From Plasmodiophora brassicae (Eukaryota), in the NCBI GenBank assembly GCA_036867785.1, contig CP145426.1:496001-560000 (forward strand): a DNA stretch of 64,000 nt, in the 5' to 3' direction. The translations under genes and the position numbers were made by a program. This document shows, one piece after another, positions 60,201-64,000 of this stretch; the stretch's first letter is position 1, and every line of letters begins with the position of its first letter. The notes below the pieces were generated by a model, which saw nothing but the letters and a program-made list of their open reading frames with translations, was not told where the DNA came from and ran no database searches.

Positions 60201-62367
60201 CTTACGGTGGAAACAAATATTTGCATCACTCGGAAGAAACACTTGGATCACTCGGAAGAAAGTTTTGCATCAACAGGAAGAAATAAGTGGATCAATCGGA
60301 AAAAATGTTTGCATCATCCGGAAGAAATCTGTGGATCAACCGTCAAAAATTAATGGATCACCGGGAGCCGACGTTAGCTGGCGACGACGAGGCGGCCACC
60401 TCAGCATCGAACGCTGCAGCGCAGCAACGTAGCTCGAGAGGTACACCTACTTGTCAGTGCCAACATTTGGAGGATAGCTTACAGGATCCATCGTCTGCAG
60501 CTCGGCGCGGCCGTCCGGCGAAGAACCCAGAAAGCATCCCGCGGCTGGATCCGACCATCGCGTGTGATCCACGAGTCGCAGACATCCGGTTCACCCCAGC
60601 GGTTTCCGGTACCCTGCACGCTGCCAATCAGCGACGACTTGATGAACAACGCCGAGTTGCTCGAGAGAAAAGCCGTCAGCGTGCATTGCAACAACTACAG
60701 CAGCTCCAGTGTGCAGTTGATCATGTTCGCGAGGTCGCGAACAGGAAAATCGAACGTTACAGGTCGATATCGGATCGCGAACGAGCGTTCGCTCAAGAGT
60801 TGTCCCAGTGGCAAGTCAAGATGCTAGCAGGTGAAGTCGACATCGACTCTGTTCCGGTTCATTTCCGAAAGGCGCTTGTCCCCAAGAAACCGCACATCTC
60901 TTTGGAAAGCGAGGAGATGATCAACGCTCTTGATGGGTCCAAGTCTCAGCGCGACATTGCTGCTGAAGTTGGGTGTTCGCAATCGACTGTGTCTCGCCAT
61001 GTCAATGGAGTTTCGAAGGCTGAATCGGGGAAACGAAGAGGCCGCCCGGACAAACTTTCCGATGAGATGATCAATGCGGCTGCCAGATTCATGTTCCTCT
61101 GCATCGGGGCGACAATTGCCGTCGCTGCTAAGTTCTTGAAAGTGGCTTTCAACGTCCGCGTCACCTCTCGAACCCTCAGCAAGCATCTTCGTGATCGAGC
61201 CGGCTTCCGTCTAGGGGACTTCAAATCCTTCAACGTCAAACGTAACGCCATTGAGACCATTGAGATGCGCTTCCAGTACGTTTCGCGTTTGGAGTCGGAC
61301 GAGTACCGTCGAATATTTGGGCCGAATCCACTCTACGATGCGGTTTACTTCGATGAGATGCCTCTTACACGCGTGTCAAACCGGAAAGTCTGGTCAGTTC
61401 GAGGCTGGGTCCCGTCTCTCTCTGAGGAGCCTGTTATGTCCGGCAAGCACGTATCACTACTGCTAGCGTTGTCGCCGGCCCTTGGTCTCATCTGGTACGA
61501 AACAATGGACACAACAGTTGACGGCGACGTGTTTCTGGAGTTTTGCAAGAGCATGGTCCAGCACTACGTGCAGACGACATGTGACAATTCACGCCCGCGC
61601 CTCTTCATTCTCGATAATGCCCGCATTCATCATGTCCAGCGCGTCGAAACGTTTTTCAAGGGGGACAGTGTCTCGAAGCACTTCAAGATGCAGTTCTTGC
61701 CTGAGTATTCGCCATTCCTGAACCCTTGCGAGGAGATCTTCGGGCTGCTCAAGATACGCATTTGGGTCAGTTCTGCGACAGAGTCCTCGGTTCACATAGG
61801 GAAGGCGACTATGAAGCGATGCTTACTGGATGAGGTGAATCGTATATCAGTTGACGATATCCGGCGAACGTACGACCATATGAGGGAGTTCCTCGCGTAC
61901 TGTAAGGATCGACGACCCGTCTTCACGCAGAAGCTCTACGAGTCGGCGCATCACGGAGATGAAGCGCGCACGTGCCCAGCCCTCCCCCTCGACGTCGAGG
62001 ATCTGCTGAATAGTTACTTGCCGCAGTTCTATGACGAGTTTACTCCAGATGGCTGTCAGCATTTGCGCGATGTGTTCGGTTGCTCGCGCTTGACGAAGGA
62101 ATTTATCGAGAAGTTCTGCGACGGTCACGTTCATGCAACGCAATTAGAAGATGCTGCTCCCGAAGGCGTTCCGAATGATCCACGGGTCACCATTCACTGA
62201 AAGCCCACGTTATTCCCATGATCAGTCATGACGGAAATAATACATGGATCATGATCCACATGTTTTTTCCGCTTGATCCACTTATTTCTTCCTGTTGATG
62301 CAAAAATTTCTTCCGAGTGATCCAAGTGTTTCTTCCGAGTGATGCAAATATTTGTTTCCACCGTAAG
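60201..62367 (+). mobile_element. Intact IS630/Tc1-type DD38E DNA transposon (2167 bp)
   Basis: ~105-bp TIRs cttacggtggaaacaaatatttgcatcactcggaagaaac...; TA TSD (60199-60200, 62368-62369). Confidence 0.94.
60353..62200 (+). CDS. DD38E transposase, ~615 aa (start and a possible short 5' intron uncertain)
   Basis: HTH SQRDIAAEVGCSQSTVSRH, RRGRPDKL, YFDE, ILDNA, EYSPFLNPCE; open frame throughout. Confidence 0.9.
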   Translation: MDHREPTLAGDDEAATSASNAAAQQRSSRGTPTCQCQHLEDSLQDPSSAARRGRPAKNPESIPRLDPTIACDPRVADIRFTPAVSGTLHAANQRRLDEQRRVAREKSRQRALQQLQQLQCAVDHVREVANRKIERYRSISDRERAFAQELSQWQVKMLAGEVDIDSVPVHFRKALVPKKPHISLESEEMINALDGSKSQRDIAAEVGCSQSTVSRHVNGVSKAESGKRRGRPDKLSDEMINAAARFMFLCIGATIAVAAKFLKVAFNVRVTSRTLSKHLRDRAGFRLGDFKSFNVKRNAIETIEMRFQYVSRLESDEYRRIFGPNPLYDAVYFDEMPLTRVSNRKVWSVRGWVPSLSEEPVMSGKHVSLLLALSPALGLIWYETMDTTVDGDVFLEFCKSMVQHYVQTTCDNSRPRLFILDNARIHHVQRVETFFKGDSVSKHFKMQFLPEYSPFLNPCEEIFGLLKIRIWVSSATESSVHIGKATMKRCLLDEVNRISVDDIRRTYDHMREFLAYCKDRRPVFTQKLYESAHHGDEARTCPALPLDVEDLLNSYLPQFYDEFTPDGCQHLRDVFGCSRLTKEFIEKFCDGHVHATQLEDAAPEGVPNDPRVTIH

Positions 62368-63727
62368 TATCTTTAATACATATCAACTTCTCCGAAATAT
62401 ATGCTCGCTAGGTTGCAAAAATGGCTTAAAACATGAATAGTTGCACCGAAATAATTCGTTGTATTCAACTATTGGTCACCAAGGGTCGGGAATGTCAGAC
62501 ACGAGCCGGAATCGGTCATCCATCATAGAGAACCGCAGCTTTCGTGTCACGTTCTCCAACAGGACGGCGTTGAAAGTCGCCATGTCAGCGGATACTTGAT
62601 CAAACGAGCGTTCATCCCGGAACACGTCGTGGTCGGCGTCGATGCCGGTGTTGTCGATGGCATCCTTGAAACTGCCCAGGAAATCCATCAGTAGGGACTT
62701 GGCCCGACAATGGCCTTCTTCACAACCTTGACTTTTCTGGAAGAGGAACTGTCAGAAATTCCCAAAGTGCGCCTTCTCTTGTTAATTTGGCTGTGTATAA
62801 CTGCAAGCGTGGCCAAATCAGAAGAAATATCTCAGATCCGTCACAAGCAACGCCACATACTGTTGCCGGTCTTCCTTTCGGGGAATTGTGCGGCTATATC
62901 CTTTGCTATGAACTTCTCTCGCACTAGCCAGGAAATTGCAGCCCTGCGAATTTCCGTCCTTAAGGAATTTGGGACTGCGTCCGTCAGGTTGCCATCGGCC
63001 ACCGTACTAATTAACGTGAATCAATCCATTAGAAAGGCAGCATGACAAAATACCTTTCCGTCAGGCTGACGCACACATCCCGTAGCTGGCCGCGTTCTGA
63101 CTCCACTTTCTGCCTCTTGGAGTTGCCGAGGTACGGCACAAGCAGTGTCGGTTCAAGAGGAACGGGGTCTTTGCGTTTGAAACACTCGACGGTTGCACCA
63201 TCTTTCCGGGTATAGGCGTGGCCACTCCATTGCGATCCCTGGCCTGAAACGGATTCATCTAGGGGAGTCTCACTGTCTCCTATTTCCAAGGACCGGCCAC
63301 GGCCACCGTTAACGGTGGCCCGTCCTTGGAATTAGGAGGTTGCCATTCACTTCAAGCTGGCGGTCCGGTACAGGCCGACTTACCGGTATCGATGGCGGCT
63401 TCACGATCGGCAGGGCCGTGGATGGACGACGGTTGCGCGTCAGCGGCGCCATGTCACTTGGGCGATTTGAACTGAGCGCCCCACCAAGTCCCCGCAATCC
63501 GTGGCGGACTCCGCGGCGCTTTACTTTAGGGCCTGCTTCATATAAGGCGACGTGATGAGTTTTTTGGCCGCCTCAGGTCGACCGGTTAAAAAACGATTCT
63601 CCAGTGTGCCTTGTGCGGCCACCGGATCCGTCGTCGTCATTGGGCACGCGATGACCTCGGTGAGTCACGGCTGTATGGCTTGTGGTCGTGAGCCGCGTAG
63701 CCACGATTTCGGGCTGTGTTTACTGAT

Positions 63728-64000
63728 CAAGCAGCCCAAAGTGCCAGAGACATTAGGGGTCTCGCTTGAGCGTCTGGGAGGTAAAGGAACGGCCCGTAAC
63801 AAGTGTATGTCGGCTCCCCGGCATAGGCGGTATGGCGAAAGAGGTCCGATAAGAGTGCAGTCGACAAGTCCGAGCGAATCACGTCCCCGTTCCGATATCG
63901 TCCAAGGCGCGATGAACCCAGTACAAAGGTGACGGGCCGGCACGGCCAGGCCGGGGGATGTTGGCGTTCTGCTGCTGAACCTTCGATCCTCAGACTCGAG
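63728..64000 (+). mobile_element. Another copy of the short non-LTR retroelement (runs off window; 5' limit uncertain)
   Basis: cattaggggtctcgcttgagcgtctgggaggtaaaggaacggcccg... is near-identical to 59661-59910. Confidence 0.82.

Noticed and set aside
60353-62200. Fanzor/TnpB cargo in the DNA transposons
   Set aside because: No RuvC motifs or second ORF are visible, and the elements are almost filled by the transposase.
62476-63600. Minus-strand ORF fragments (possible gene or TE relic)
   Set aside because: No recognisable domain and no confident exon chain.

Overview
Eukaryotic, GC-rich genomic DNA with compact genes and short (~50-70 nt) GT-AG introns. The style and the secreted SKP1-like/ankyrin gene suggest a plasmodiophorid protist such as Plasmodiophora (inference only). 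Positions 1-39.9 kb are gene-dense: two tandem LRR/SUEL-lectin/TM receptor genes, VPS50, a rearranged Mug135/DUF1773-like locus with hairpins, a sphingomyelinase-like EEP enzyme, OXLD1, a U-box/FG-like protein, ATG18, long-chain acyl-CoA synthetase, a DUSP-like pseudophosphatase, a secreted SKP1-like/ankyrin gene, GNPTAB, an inositol 5-phosphatase, PDS5 and acyl-CoA oxidase. Positions 40-64 kb are a transposon island. It holds a resolvable nest: a full-length RNase H-bearing LINE (11-bp TSD) carries a non-autonomous LTR element in its 3' UTR and a DD38E IS630/Tc1-type DNA transposon in ORF2, and that transposon carries an intact Copia element. A second, intact DD38E element and several copies of a LINE-related 3' module also occur. 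The most unusual signals are a Copia PBS complementary to the anticodon arm of tRNA-Asn(GUU), which implies half-tRNA priming by a non-Met tRNA, a possible self-priming site in the small LTR element, and the long DD38E transposases. Exon boundaries were read by eye and are approximate.
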